Below the pieces are notes generated by a model. The model was given only the letters and a program-made list of their open reading frames with translations. It ran no database searches and was not told the origin of the DNA. The position numbers and the translations under genes are program-made. A stretch of 64,000 nt of DNA from an uncultured virus (IMG/VR IMGVR_UViG_2838736955_000001). Lineage: Duplodnaviria > Heunggongvirae > Uroviricota > Caudoviricetes. Location of the stretch: IMG/VR virus record IMGVR_UViG_2838736955_000001; one strand, given 5' to 3'. Below, piece after piece: positions 16,466 to 26,672 of the stretch; positions within the stretch are counted from its first letter, which is position 1, and each line of letters opens with the position of its first letter.

Positions 16466-18420
16466 TTGGCCAAGGACTGGGGTGCGGTTGCAGTACCCGA
16501 GATCATCGCCCTCAGTATCCGTTCCCTCAGGCTTTCATTGGTTTGCGCAGCATCAAGTGCCTGATGGAAGGCGGCAGTGCCATTCCCGTTCGTGCCTAGA
16601 AGAATACGGGCAGCCAGATCGCGCGTCTGGCTGTTTCTTCCCTGAATGGTGTTGATACCGTTCTGTAGGCCCCGCAACGCCGCACCGGGAAAATTGCCGC
16701 TCATGACCATACCGAACATCGTCGGGTCGAAAGACTGCACGTCAAGCTGATCCGCTGCATTGTCCGCGGTTTTAGACCCACCTAGCGCCGCATTGTAGGT
16801 TTCGAACATCCGCTGTTCACGGCCAATGCGGTCTTGCATCTGCTGGCCCCTGCCCGGTGCAGCAAAAGCGGGGAATTCTACTCCCGTTGCATCCGTAATC
16901 AACGGCCTGGCTCGGTTCGTTGCTGGGCCAGCCGTCTTCTGCAGGTCCTCAATATACGGGTCAACATATCCAGCCCTAAACGACGCCTGCTGTTCAGGCC
17001 TCTGCATCGACTGGAACCGCGGGACAGTGTCTTCCACACGTCCCCTCATCGCGGCGTCACGGCCGATATTAGCCGCTTCGATATCCTGGCTCTGGCGACG
17101 GAACGTGTCTCGCGCGTTGGCGTAGACATCGGAAGACTTCTCGAGAGCCTTGTCGAGTTCGTTTCGGATCGGGATGAGCCTGCCCTGAATGGTTGGGCTT
17201 GCATTCTCAATCATGTTGTCGAGTTCGACTTTGGCACGGAATGCCGTGTCGAAATCGCTGACAACATTTTCTCCGTCCGTCAAAAGCGAACGAGCCCGCC
17301 TCACCGCTCCCTCAACGCTATCGTCGGAGATATTCGTGAGAGGCAGGCTTCCTCCTGTTCCTAGGAACTCATCTGCTCTCGTGATTGCATTCGATGGATT
17401 AACCGCGCCTGCTCCTTGTCGCGCTGCCGTGTAATTGGTGCCGGCATCCGCTTTACGTAGGGCCGTAAGAGCAGTTTCCGTCTGCGCCTTCGTCTGTGGC
17501 GTGCCGAACCCCTCAACGAGGGCATTCTGCAAGCGCCTACCCTGCCCTGCCTGACGACGCTGCAAGGTCTCTGTAATTGTTTGCCTCATATCGCCCGGGG
17601 ATCGGACAATTCCGGTGAGCATTCGCTGCCCTGAGTTTCCTAGAGCATCCGCTACTGTGAACTCTGTCTGGCCGTCCTGCGCAGCGCGAAACAGAGCGTC
17701 CTGCACGTCATCGCGCGTTTGTCCAGATCGAGATACAGCCTCCGCAATGGCCCGATTTGCACGGCCAGCATTTCCCAGACCAACAAGACCACCCGCCGAA
17801 TCCAGAACCGCACCGCCAGCGCTCATGACCGGACGAGCCAACCCACCCACTACCCCGCCGATCGTCGCACCCACACCAACGTTCTCATCATGACCGTAAG
17901 CAGACGCAGCACCCTGAGCGATACCAGAGGCCGCGTCACCAGCCATACGGCCAGCATATGTCGATTGGAGCGCCTGTGCTGCGCGTGGAGCCGCCTGAGT
18001 GATTGCGCGGCCTGCGATGGCGTTTACAGCCCCACCGCCATGAATAGCCCCGCCGATCGATGCTGCAGCATTAGTCACCGGGTTCTCTTCAGCATACCGC
18101 TCGCGAGCGTTATTATACTGATTGCGGATCGTGTCGTATTCCTCACCGAACGTTTTGTCGGTGAAGGGAGAACGGATAGCTGCATTCAAAGCAGCAGAGG
18201 CTTTCCCAGGCAGGCCAAACAGCATTTCATCGACGTAGACGGTTGAGGCGTCGACCTTCTGAGTTCCCGTATCGGGGTTTGTCGCCGCGGGCTGAGATCC
18301 TGCACCTTGCGCAGCGCCTGAGCTGAGATGCTTCTGAAAGGCCTGATAAGCACCTTCCGCGTTGTCTCCAGATACGACCCACTTTTTGCCGTCAGGTCCG
18401 GTGATTTCGAAATCTGGCAT
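16462..18420 (-). CDS. DNA ejection/internal virion protein
   Basis: Large Ala/Gly-rich helical protein at the P22 gp16-equivalent position. Confidence 0.7.
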   Translation of the reverse strand: MPDFEITGPDGKKWVVSGDNAEGAYQAFQKHLSSGAAQGAGSQPAATNPDTGTQKVDASTVYVDEMLFGLPGKASAALNAAIRSPFTDKTFGEEYDTIRNQYNNARERYAEENPVTNAAASIGGAIHGGGAVNAIAGRAITQAAPRAAQALQSTYAGRMAGDAASGIAQGAASAYGHDENVGVGATIGGVVGGLARPVMSAGGAVLDSAGGLVGLGNAGRANRAIAEAVSRSGQTRDDVQDALFRAAQDGQTEFTVADALGNSGQRMLTGIVRSPGDMRQTITETLQRRQAGQGRRLQNALVEGFGTPQTKAQTETALTALRKADAGTNYTAARQGAGAVNPSNAITRADEFLGTGGSLPLTNISDDSVEGAVRRARSLLTDGENVVSDFDTAFRAKVELDNMIENASPTIQGRLIPIRNELDKALEKSSDVYANARDTFRRQSQDIEAANIGRDAAMRGRVEDTVPRFQSMQRPEQQASFRAGYVDPYIEDLQKTAGPATNRARPLITDATGVEFPAFAAPGRGQQMQDRIGREQRMFETYNAALGGSKTADNAADQLDVQSFDPTMFGMVMSGNFPGAALRGLQNGINTIQGRNSQTRDLAARILLGTNGNGTAAFHQALDAAQTNESLRERILRAMISGTATAPQSLAN

Positions 18421-20876
18421 CAGTTCACCTGTTTGATGGTGTAGCCGTCAATGGCGATGGGTGCCCTCGGGCCTCTGCTGTTTGAAGTCGGAGGCATGCC
18501 GGTTGCTTCTGCCGGTGTCTGGGGTGTATTCGTCTGGACGTTCGGCTGTGCTGCCTCCCGAGGCTTGTAGTAAGTCCCACCGCGCAGTTCGTTTGCCCTG
18601 TCGCGATTGTAGTTGACCCGACGCTCGACGGCTTTGCGCGCGCGCTGGAGGATGGCGTCACGAACTGCCTTGGGCTGGCTCGACGAACCCTGGACCTCGA
18701 GAAGGATGGCCCGCTCGCCTTCTGTCGGGGCTCCACCGAAGATGCTCTTCAACTGCCCAAGAGCTTGTTCGGTGATGATATTGTCAAACTCGCGCGTCGC
18801 GATAGCTCCATCGTCGCCCCACTGTGATGCGACAAGGGCTCGTGTGCCGGCTCCTGCGCCTTCATAAGCCTTGCCGGACAGGTCAATCGCTCGGTCGATC
18901 AGACCGAGAGTAGCCTCACCGGTGTTGACCATATCGTCGGCGTCACGGATTGCCTCTCTATCGCCAGCAGTGACGCCGCGGTCGGATGCGGGAAGCGTGC
19001 CGGTGAGAATATATCGCTGGCCTTCCGCGGAATTCGGGTCGATCCCGTTCTGGATTGCCAGTTCGCGCCTCTGTCGTGCTTCCACTCCCGGGGTCTGGGC
19101 CTGTCCCATTCCCCCGATCGCAGAGACTTGGCCTTCAGGGCCGACCTGATACGGTCGGGTATCGTCGGCGGGGATGCCGTAGGCTGTGCGCTCTTCAGTC
19201 GAGAGCATTCTGTAACCCGGTCGGCTGGCTTTCTCGACTTGCGCGCGATAGAGCGGATCATTCTGGCGGATCTGCTGTTCATAATCCTGGCGAGCGCGCC
19301 AAGAATTCTCCTCTTGCTGCTGCTGATGAGCTTGCATCTGTTGCTGGACCTGCAGCCGGACCGCTTGCTTCTGACCCTCATCCGCGAAGGGATTCGACAG
19401 AAATTGCAGTACGGTGGGATCGATTTGATACGGCTGATACTGCGGCGCGCTGTAGGTTTGAGCCGGGGCCTGCGCCACCTGCTGCTGTGGCGCTGCGGCT
19501 ACCTGAGGAGCGGCCGCAACGTTGCTAGTCGGCAAACCGGGTAACGGAGCGCCAGCCCCGCCCGCTGCTGACCGATTGCGCGCCGCCATTTCGGCTTCCT
19601 GCTGCGAAGAAAAGCGCGGGAAGGTCGGCCCCGCTTGCTGCTCGTATCGCTGCATGGCGCCGAGGATGCCTTGCTCATCATTCGGGTCGAACTGCTGCGG
19701 GCCGTTCTGCCCCATCCAGAGCGACGGAACGTTGGTCCACGTTCCATCCGGCAGCTGCCAAGTGGTGCTGAGTTCGGTCGAATAGGAGCCGTCTGGATTA
19801 TCGCGCCGCTCACCTGGACGAAACGGGCGGAGCATCTGCGGCTGTTGAGCAGCATACGCGCTCGCCTGAGATTGAAGACCGCCAGGTAGATCAGCGCGAT
19901 TTGCAGGCATTTCTGCTAGATTGATCGGATCGGCGAAACGACCGGCATCGAACGTTGGGGCAGGCTGAACGGCGTTCGGGGCTGAAGCGCTCGGATCGAC
20001 ATAGCCGGAACCGGGCGCCATTTGCTCGATTGCAGCAGCGCCAGACATTCCAGCGGACGGGTCAAGCGAGGCCACTTGCTGGCCGCCCTGCCCCTGAAAC
20101 TGCGCGACGTATCCGTTGGCATATCCGAGGCGTCGCCCCGCTTCCCCCCCCGGACGGTCATAACCGGCAAATTTCCACGCACCGTTCATCAAGGCCTGAG
20201 CCTCTTCCGGCGACTTCGCAGCATTGAGCTGCGCGACCAACTGAGGATCTTCCCGCATGAAGAATTCGGCCTGCGTCTGAGGCGAGCCGTTCCCCTGCTC
20301 TCCCTTGGAGGCGGCGTAGCGCTGGAGGTTCTGCAACCGTTCTGCTCGCCAGGACATGACGCCGCCGGCGGTGCCTGCCTGTCCGCTCTCGCTGGGGTCG
20401 CTCCATGTCCGGGCTGCGTTCGCTGGTGAAAACCCGCTTTCTGCTCGGCCGGTCGCAGCGACCGCGGCGAGGCCATACGGGTTGGTCAGGCCGCCGGCCT
20501 TTACCGTGTCAATGAATGGCGAGAAAGTTGAACCGTTGCTCGACACATCAGCAGCAGGGCTTGTTGCCGCCAATTCACTCGCCGCGCCCGGCATCGGCAG
20601 GCTGGCCGCATCAGTAGAAGCCGGCTGGCCGGTGATCTTGCTCAGGATATCGTTGAACTGGCTCGATGCCTGATCTCTACCCTGCTTCATCTCCTTGTCG
20701 GCACGGTACCGGCCAATGCCGGCAGCCGCGCCTGTCAGAAGCGCGCCGATGCCTTCATAGGTGTTCTTCGGCTGCTGCCCCATGATGCGCTTTGCCAAGG
20801 CATCAGCCGCGGCACGACGGTTCTGCAGGTCTTCATAATTGAGACCGGTATTTCCGCCGAAAAGGAATCCAACCAT
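18420..20876 (-). CDS. DNA ejection protein with phage-tail-lysozyme-like domain
   Basis: AESGFSP...GVMSWRAERL..L...Q.EF..E motif; Q/A-rich linkers. Confidence 0.75.
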   Translation of the reverse strand: MVGFLFGGNTGLNYEDLQNRRAAADALAKRIMGQQPKNTYEGIGALLTGAAAGIGRYRADKEMKQGRDQASSQFNDILSKITGQPASTDAASLPMPGAASELAATSPAADVSSNGSTFSPFIDTVKAGGLTNPYGLAAVAATGRAESGFSPANAARTWSDPSESGQAGTAGGVMSWRAERLQNLQRYAASKGEQGNGSPQTQAEFFMREDPQLVAQLNAAKSPEEAQALMNGAWKFAGYDRPGGEAGRRLGYANGYVAQFQGQGGQQVASLDPSAGMSGAAAIEQMAPGSGYVDPSASAPNAVQPAPTFDAGRFADPINLAEMPANRADLPGGLQSQASAYAAQQPQMLRPFRPGERRDNPDGSYSTELSTTWQLPDGTWTNVPSLWMGQNGPQQFDPNDEQGILGAMQRYEQQAGPTFPRFSSQQEAEMAARNRSAAGGAGAPLPGLPTSNVAAAPQVAAAPQQQVAQAPAQTYSAPQYQPYQIDPTVLQFLSNPFADEGQKQAVRLQVQQQMQAHQQQQEENSWRARQDYEQQIRQNDPLYRAQVEKASRPGYRMLSTEERTAYGIPADDTRPYQVGPEGQVSAIGGMGQAQTPGVEARQRRELAIQNGIDPNSAEGQRYILTGTLPASDRGVTAGDREAIRDADDMVNTGEATLGLIDRAIDLSGKAYEGAGAGTRALVASQWGDDGAIATREFDNIITEQALGQLKSIFGGAPTEGERAILLEVQGSSSQPKAVRDAILQRARKAVERRVNYNRDRANELRGGTYYKPREAAQPNVQTNTPQTPAEATGMPPTSNSRGPRAPIAIDGYTIKQVN

Positions 20877-21184
20877 TAGAAGAAGCCCTTATTGCCGAAA
20901 TTGAAGAGATTGCCGAGGTTCATGCGGCCCATCGTGGGAGTGGTGGGATTAGCGACCGCTCCCTGAGAAGGCGCCACCGGCGCGGATGGAAATTGGTTTT
21001 TCGGCTGGTTGCCGTAATTCGCCAAGCCCATGCCGATCCCTGCCGCCAGCTGACCAGCGCCCTGCGTGACGTTCTGCGCAGGTTGGCCCATGATCTGTTG
21101 CTGGAGTTGCTGGACCATCGCCTGCTTGCGCTGTTCAGGCGTCATGGACTGGCCATTCTGTCCGTGGATGAGGAAAGCCTGCAT
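20876..21184 (-). CDS. Small ejection-module protein
   Basis: Coupled ORF, Gln/Gly-rich. Confidence 0.6.
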   Translation of the reverse strand: MQAFLIHGQNGQSMTPEQRKQAMVQQLQQQIMGQPAQNVTQGAGQLAAGIGMGLANYGNQPKNQFPSAPVAPSQGAVANPTTPTMGRMNLGNLFNFGNKGFF

Positions 21185-22524
21185 TACGCTGCTCCTGCCT
21201 GAAAGAGGGCGCCGTAGTTCACGCGCTTGTAACCGTCCCGGCCGGTTCGAACGGTATCTGGTCGGATCTTCTCGACCTCTTGCGCCATGACGCCGATCCG
21301 CTTCGGAGCGTTTTTGCTCTCACCCTTGTACCGGTAGGCATAGAGACCGCCGACTTTCTCGACGTCCTTCTTTGCGTCCTCGTCGGAGAGCGAGAACAGG
21401 CTGCCCAATCCCCCGAGAAGCGAGCCGATCCCGGCTTGGTTCTGTTGATATGCCGCAAGCTCGTTCTGGTAGTTCTGGTTGACGAGCCCGGCGTAATCTA
21501 CCGTCGGAATACTCTGCCCCTGGGTCGCGACAAAATTCGGATTAGATACTTGAGCACCCGACGCCAAGCCTAGAACTTCGTTGATGTTCTGGTTTCGCTG
21601 CGCGTAGTTTTCATTGAGGTAGTTTGCCCGGGCAGCGTTCTGAGCATTGATGATCGCTTGCTGAGAATTGAAGCTTTGATCCTTCAAGGCATTGTTGCCG
21701 GCCGTTGCCTGATTTTGGTTGCTGAACATCTGCTGATTGGCAGAATTCGCAAAGCTCGCGTTGTTGGCGTTCTGCGAATATTGCTGGGCCTGTGCCGCGT
21801 TCTGAAACGTGGCCTGCTGGTTTGCGAGATTGGCGAGACGGGTTTGCTCCTGCCCGGCGTTGAGGATAGCTCCATATCGAGCATCGTTCTCCTGCGCCGT
21901 CGCCGTTGCCAGCGCCCGGTCATAGGCTTCTGAGCCAGGCTGCAGCCCCTGATTGGCAAGCTTCTGTTCGAGAGCCGCGCGGTTCTGGTCGAGCGATGGC
22001 TGCAGCCGCGCCATCAACGCGTCCTGCACCTCTTTCACGTTGGAAGAATAATCAGTGCCATAGCTCTTGGTGATATCGCCTGCGCCCGCGATCGAGGTCT
22101 GTAACTGCGGCCCGGAACCGAACTGCTGATAGGTAGGAGCTGTAAGCTTCGAAACGTCTCCAGCGGCCGGCGCGCCGTTCATCGTGAAAGGGTTCGCGAG
22201 AAGCGAGTTCAGACGGTTCGATTGAGTGTTCGCCAGCGTAGCGAGGTTGAGGCTCGCCGCATCTTCCTGATTCTTGATCGCCTGTTGAGCTTGGGAAAGG
22301 GTCGTCGTCGCCGTCCACGTCGGAAGATCATAGGTCTTCCCGTTCAACGGATCGGTCCACTTGTTCGTACCGGTCTGCGAATAGGTCAGGTTTCCGTCTG
22401 GGGTAACCTGATTGACGTTCCCGAGATAGCCATTCGCGATGGCGGTACCGATATTGGTCGCGGTCTGGGCAGACGCGGTTTCCTTCGGGTCAGGCGTCTT
22501 CGGTGCTGATCCATAGAGACCCAT
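21184..22524 (-). CDS. Ejection/pilot protein with C-terminal peptidase S74-like autocleavage domain
   Basis: SD..AKKDV...YRYKGE...IGVMAQEVE...V....DGY..VNY. Confidence 0.8.
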   Translation of the reverse strand: MGLYGSAPKTPDPKETASAQTATNIGTAIANGYLGNVNQVTPDGNLTYSQTGTNKWTDPLNGKTYDLPTWTATTTLSQAQQAIKNQEDAASLNLATLANTQSNRLNSLLANPFTMNGAPAAGDVSKLTAPTYQQFGSGPQLQTSIAGAGDITKSYGTDYSSNVKEVQDALMARLQPSLDQNRAALEQKLANQGLQPGSEAYDRALATATAQENDARYGAILNAGQEQTRLANLANQQATFQNAAQAQQYSQNANNASFANSANQQMFSNQNQATAGNNALKDQSFNSQQAIINAQNAARANYLNENYAQRNQNINEVLGLASGAQVSNPNFVATQGQSIPTVDYAGLVNQNYQNELAAYQQNQAGIGSLLGGLGSLFSLSDEDAKKDVEKVGGLYAYRYKGESKNAPKRIGVMAQEVEKIRPDTVRTGRDGYKRVNYGALFQAGAA

Positions 22525-22527
22525 GGC

Positions 22528-22989
22528 TTATTCCTTTACCCAATCTTCGACGGTTTCGCCGGTCGTCGCGTGGCACATCGCAAACATCTCGTCGGCGACC
22601 TGTTTTGCATGCTCGTAACCGCCGATAATCGAGGCCACGGCAATGGTGAGCGTGCCGATGTCTTCTCGGATCACGAAGCCGAACGTTTGCTTCAGGCGAT
22701 CGCCGGAAAGCCGGAACTCGTCGCTTTGCTGCCAGCGGACGATGATGCTGTTGAGAAGCGGTCCAAGGACGATGCCGTGGCGCTGGAAGAAGAGGTTGAA
22801 CGGGAGAACCGTCCATGCCCGAGACAAAAGCCAGCACACGTTCCTTTGGCGATGCTCTTCCTCATCGACGATATCGTCGGCAAGGCGCGTCATTTCTGCC
22901 ATCTGGTTGAGGAAGTCCGCCGCGGACTCGTCCCCAAGGGTGCAGCGCAAAAGCGTGGTCCGTCTTTCCTTCAGATCGTCGGGGAGCAT
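22528..22989 (-). CDS. Helical protein with DDxxD motif (isoprenoid-synthase-like?)
   Basis: LADDIVDEE; LPFNLFF. Confidence 0.6.
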   Translation of the reverse strand: MLPDDLKERRTTLLRCTLGDESAADFLNQMAEMTRLADDIVDEEEHRQRNVCWLLSRAWTVLPFNLFFQRHGIVLGPLLNSIIVRWQQSDEFRLSGDRLKQTFGFVIREDIGTLTIAVASIIGGYEHAKQVADEMFAMCHATTGETVEDWVKE

Positions 22990-24611
22990 CAGCCGTCGCT
23001 CGCCCCGGAGGATACCTGCAATGTGCCGAGGTCTATCTCAACGTCCAACTTGACGGCGCCGCCTGACACGATAACACATCCTATAGCCAAAACATCACCT
23101 TGCGCCCGAACGTTCTGCCTGTACTTGAAGTAATTTCGGGATATTCCATCGCCGTCCCATTTGGCCACGTCCCACAATCCGACATCCCAAACGGAAGCTC
23201 CGGTGGTATTTGCAGAGACTGTCGAAAACGACGGGATCGACTGATCCATATCTGAGCGCGCGAACAGTCTGACGGTCGGTTTTACAGAGGATTTGAACCT
23301 CATCGTCGCGGTACTTGCCGCCTTCTCCTGGCCAAATCCCTGCACAGAACTGAAGTGCGAAAGATAGGACGCTTTGAACGGCATCCCGTCGTCTGTTCCG
23401 GTATAGTCGCCATGCCACGCGAGGCCGGCACCCGATCCGAAAAACAGGCTCTTCTGATAGGACGAAAAGCAGTTTGCCATCCAGTTTGTGACGACCGACC
23501 ATTTGCTGGTCAGAGCGTTGAACACGAAGGTCGTGTCTGGCGCGATCGGGTTGGACGGAAAACAAACGAACACGAGGTTTTCTTCCGGCCACAAGGTGAT
23601 CGTCCACCCCGCCCCCGTAACTGCCGCTACAGCCTTCCAGACATCTTCTACGGGCCGCGAGAGCGAAACGAGAGAGAGCTGTTGCCGATCGCGCTGGAAC
23701 GCCTGCGATAGCGGTATCAGCCCGTCGACTGTGGCAATGAGCACATCCCCGCCGGATTTGTAGAATGCGTTTTTGCCAAGTGGCCGGCCGATCTGGTAGA
23801 CACCGACGAGCCCAAAGTCATTTGCGTTGGCCGGGTCCGATCCGCTGTAGACGGCCACCTCTCCCTCAGTCGAACAGAACACGCAATATTCGTTCGGGCC
23901 ATTGCCGCTTTCTACGGACCATGAAAAGCCCATCAGCAGCGAGCCGCCTTTACGCATCACACCGCCGAGCGGGAAGACCGCCGATGCGCCGCCGACGGCA
24001 TTGAGCGTGGTCAGATAGTAGGCATCCAGCGAACCATTCTTCAGCAGAAATTGCCGGTTCTTGAACACCCAACCGAAATTCAGGTTCGCCATCGTCGTGG
24101 CGTCTGAAAATGTAACGGCTGGGGTCGTGCCCCAGGTCGTTCCGTTGTAGACGCGCCGATCATCTGTCCCATTGAAGCAGACCAGAAAACTCTGGCCAGC
24201 GTTCGTCTGTTGGAATGTGCAGAAATCGCCACTCGTCAGTCCCGTTACCACCGCCGCCGTCGTTGTTGGCGGGACAGCCGGAGCCGACATGTCGTAGATC
24301 GCCGTCGCTGTCGCCATGAACATGCGCTCGATCGAGCCATAGACATACCGGAACGCCGATACGATCGCGCCGCCGTCGGCAACCAGGCCCCACTTTTCGC
24401 TGCCGCCGCGAATGCGGGCACCCGTCAGCGTCGGAAACCAGTTCTCCAAGACAATTGCCGCGCCGCTCTGTTGCGAGGCGATGTCGGCAGTGGTCACCAG
24501 CCCCAGCGTAGGTGCCGGAAACGGCAGTGGCGCAGATCGCTGCTGGCTTGCCCCTACCCCGCCGCCACGATTGTTTTGCCGGATCCTGCCCGGCTGGACT
24601 GCCATCTTCAT
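22989..24611 (-). CDS. Tail hub/DNA stabilisation protein (gp10-like)
   Basis: FPAP..GL, LENWFPT..G.RIRGG, beta-propeller-like; WDVGLWDVAKW. Confidence 0.75.
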   Translation of the reverse strand: MKMAVQPGRIRQNNRGGGVGASQQRSAPLPFPAPTLGLVTTADIASQQSGAAIVLENWFPTLTGARIRGGSEKWGLVADGGAIVSAFRYVYGSIERMFMATATAIYDMSAPAVPPTTTAAVVTGLTSGDFCTFQQTNAGQSFLVCFNGTDDRRVYNGTTWGTTPAVTFSDATTMANLNFGWVFKNRQFLLKNGSLDAYYLTTLNAVGGASAVFPLGGVMRKGGSLLMGFSWSVESGNGPNEYCVFCSTEGEVAVYSGSDPANANDFGLVGVYQIGRPLGKNAFYKSGGDVLIATVDGLIPLSQAFQRDRQQLSLVSLSRPVEDVWKAVAAVTGAGWTITLWPEENLVFVCFPSNPIAPDTTFVFNALTSKWSVVTNWMANCFSSYQKSLFFGSGAGLAWHGDYTGTDDGMPFKASYLSHFSSVQGFGQEKAASTATMRFKSSVKPTVRLFARSDMDQSIPSFSTVSANTTGASVWDVGLWDVAKWDGDGISRNYFKYRQNVRAQGDVLAIGCVIVSGGAVKLDVEIDLGTLQVSSGASDG

Positions 24612-25204
24612 GCGCCGCGGTCCGAATTGATTTCTTGGACAAGATCAGCCTCGAACTCGGCGAGCTGATCGTCAAAAGCCAACCCCTTCTGCCGGCGCCA
24701 CCGCCAGATCACGTTCTTGACCAGAAGACGCTCTGGGAAGACCGCCGTATCATCATCGACACTGTATTCAGCCTTGAACTCGGCCCCGTTCTTGATCCAA
24801 TCCTTGGAAAGATAATCGATCAGCGCTCCGTCACCCGAAGTGACAGGCGCCACGCGAACCGTGCCATTGCTGATGAAATAGTAAGGCTGAACGGATCCAA
24901 CCTGAGAGATGATCGCCCACTGGCCGCTGTTTGTGACTGGGCGGATGAAAGTACCGTCAGCAGCGCGGATACCGCCACCCGGCGCCAGGCGCTGAAAATC
25001 CTCGGGCAATGGGTCACCTGATGCGACAAGCATCTCGGTGCGAAGCAGGGCCTGCCAATCGGCACGACGCGCAATTTCATCACCTGCCTGCTGAGCGTGA
25101 TCGAGCATTGTCAAAGCGTTGGGGTCGTCACTGCCATAGATGGCGTCAAAGCGGTCGATCGAGACGGCATCACATACCTCGTCGATGATTGTCTTCAGGC
25201 TCAT
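24608..25204 (-). CDS. Head-tail adaptor protein
   Basis: W..L....LP.DF motif; gene position. Confidence 0.65.
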   Translation of the reverse strand: MSLKTIIDEVCDAVSIDRFDAIYGSDDPNALTMLDHAQQAGDEIARRADWQALLRTEMLVASGDPLPEDFQRLAPGGGIRAADGTFIRPVTNSGQWAIISQVGSVQPYYFISNGTVRVAPVTSGDGALIDYLSKDWIKNGAEFKAEYSVDDDTAVFPERLLVKNVIWRWRRQKGLAFDDQLAEFEADLVQEINSDRGA

Positions 25205-25803
25205 GGGGTCAAGCCTCCAATAACGACCTGAGCGTTGCCCCACCTCGCCCGCTCATCCTGCAGCGAGAGACCGCGCAGGGCGAGTTCCTTGAGCGTGCGG
25301 CCGGCCTGGACGCCGTCGACATCCTTCTTCCAGATCGCGATCTCCTCGACGAGACCGTAGAGATAAGCGTCAGGTGCCTTCTCAAGCAGCCAGTTCGTCG
25401 GGTTTGCCGGCGTTAGCGGCGGGATCTTGGCGTAATATTCAAGCGAGACAGTTTCACTCGATGTGGGACGGACGCGAAGAGAGCCGCCAACCACGGAATA
25501 CCCGGCCGGGATGCCACCATAGGTGCCGAAGCGTCGGTTCAACTCCGAAAGCGACCATGCGGAAAGACCGCTGCCATCAGGCGCCGTGACGAGACGAGCC
25601 TCAAGGAAGTCGGCCGGGAGATCAGCATTCCCGTCGATCAGCGTGACCGTCCCCACCGTCTCCATTTCGGCCACGCGGAGGACGCGATTGAACTTAGCCT
25701 CAGCCAAAGCGACTAGCCGCGGAAACACGTTCGCAATGTCATTGGCACCGGCATATTCGCCGGCATCGATGAGCAGGCTGGCATAGTCGCTGATTGCGGA
25801 CAT
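25201..25803 (-). CDS. Head-tail adaptor protein
   Basis: LAEA...R.LR, LP.DF, YY.K, NWLL...PD.YLYG. Confidence 0.7.
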   Translation of the reverse strand: MSAISDYASLLIDAGEYAGANDIANVFPRLVALAEAKFNRVLRVAEMETVGTVTLIDGNADLPADFLEARLVTAPDGSGLSAWSLSELNRRFGTYGGIPAGYSVVGGSLRVRPTSSETVSLEYYAKIPPLTPANPTNWLLEKAPDAYLYGLVEEIAIWKKDVDGVQAGRTLKELALRGLSLQDERARWGNAQVVIGGLTP

Positions 25804-26126
25804 CAGATCGTGGCCTCGAAGCTTCGGAATGCCCGGTTGTCTCCGTCGTTCAACCAGCGCTTCACGAATTTGTCGTCGCCCTCGGTATGAGCGCGGACCA
25901 GGTTTTCGTGGTGAGCGTGGTTCAACGGGATGGAAGCAATCTTCACCCAATCTCCCATCCGGTTGCCCGAGGTGGCATTGCGGGTGAATTCGTTCTCGCG
26001 AATGATGTGGTCGACAGGGGTATCGATGCGGAATACCCGCTCAACACCGTCGTCTTTGCACCAGACGGATCGCCCCGTCTGGTGGTCGTAGTCGAAAAGC
26101 GACCAGTCGCCGTCCCGAATGATCAA
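25803..26126 (-). CDS. Conserved phage protein
   Basis: IASIP, WLND.DN..FR motifs. Confidence 0.65.
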   Translation of the reverse strand: MIIRDGDWSLFDYDHQTGRSVWCKDDGVERVFRIDTPVDHIIRENEFTRNATSGNRMGDWVKIASIPLNHAHHENLVRAHTEGDDKFVKRWLNDGDNRAFRSFEATI

Positions 26127-26599
26127 CGATCATCCTCCGGGAAAGGAAGGTGAGCCTTGCCGGCCGAGATCAGTTCCTTGGCCTTGGTCGAAGGAACTTC
26201 GAGGCTGGTGCCCGCTTCACGGCGATCGCCTTCTTCCGGCCAGTAAGCCGCATCGAGGACGACCTTGACGGTTTTCTCGTTGTTCTTCGGCTCGACCGTG
26301 GCCGGGATCGGCTGTGGGGTTTCTCCCGGCGTAATGCCGACGATTTCCGGCGGTGCTGCGTCATCGGCCGGTGCGAAACGCGCCAGCGGCAAGCCGTTGG
26401 TCGAGTCCGTGCCGGTGGGCTGGTTCGGAGCGCGCGGGATATCGGGCTGTGAAGGCGTCGGGGCAACCGGTGCCTGGCTGGCAGCCTTGTTCGCCGCTTC
26501 CTTCTTGTCGATCTCCTGCTGGATACGGTCTTCGTTCCAGCGGCCATCCACTTCAATGCCGAGTTCTTCGGCCTTCTTGGTGAGTTGTGCCTTGGTCAT
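26123..26599 (-). CDS. Hypothetical protein with N-terminal SAP/Rho-N-like helix pair
   Basis: MTKAQL..KAEELGIEVDGRW; AAGGAG RBS. Confidence 0.65.
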   Translation of the reverse strand: MTKAQLTKKAEELGIEVDGRWNEDRIQQEIDKKEAANKAASQAPVAPTPSQPDIPRAPNQPTGTDSTNGLPLARFAPADDAAPPEIVGITPGETPQPIPATVEPKNNEKTVKVVLDAAYWPEEGDRREAGTSLEVPSTKAKELISAGKAHLPFPEDDR

Positions 26600-26620
26600 G
26601 GTGCTTTCTCCTTGAGGAAT

Positions 26621-26649
26621 AGAAAAAGGCGCCCCGATTGGAGCGCCCT
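26621..26649 (-). terminator. Terminator after the capsid genes
   Basis: GGCGC stem followed by TTTTTCT on the minus strand. Confidence 0.6.
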
Positions 26650-26672
26650 CAGTTGTCCCGCCCTACAAGGGG

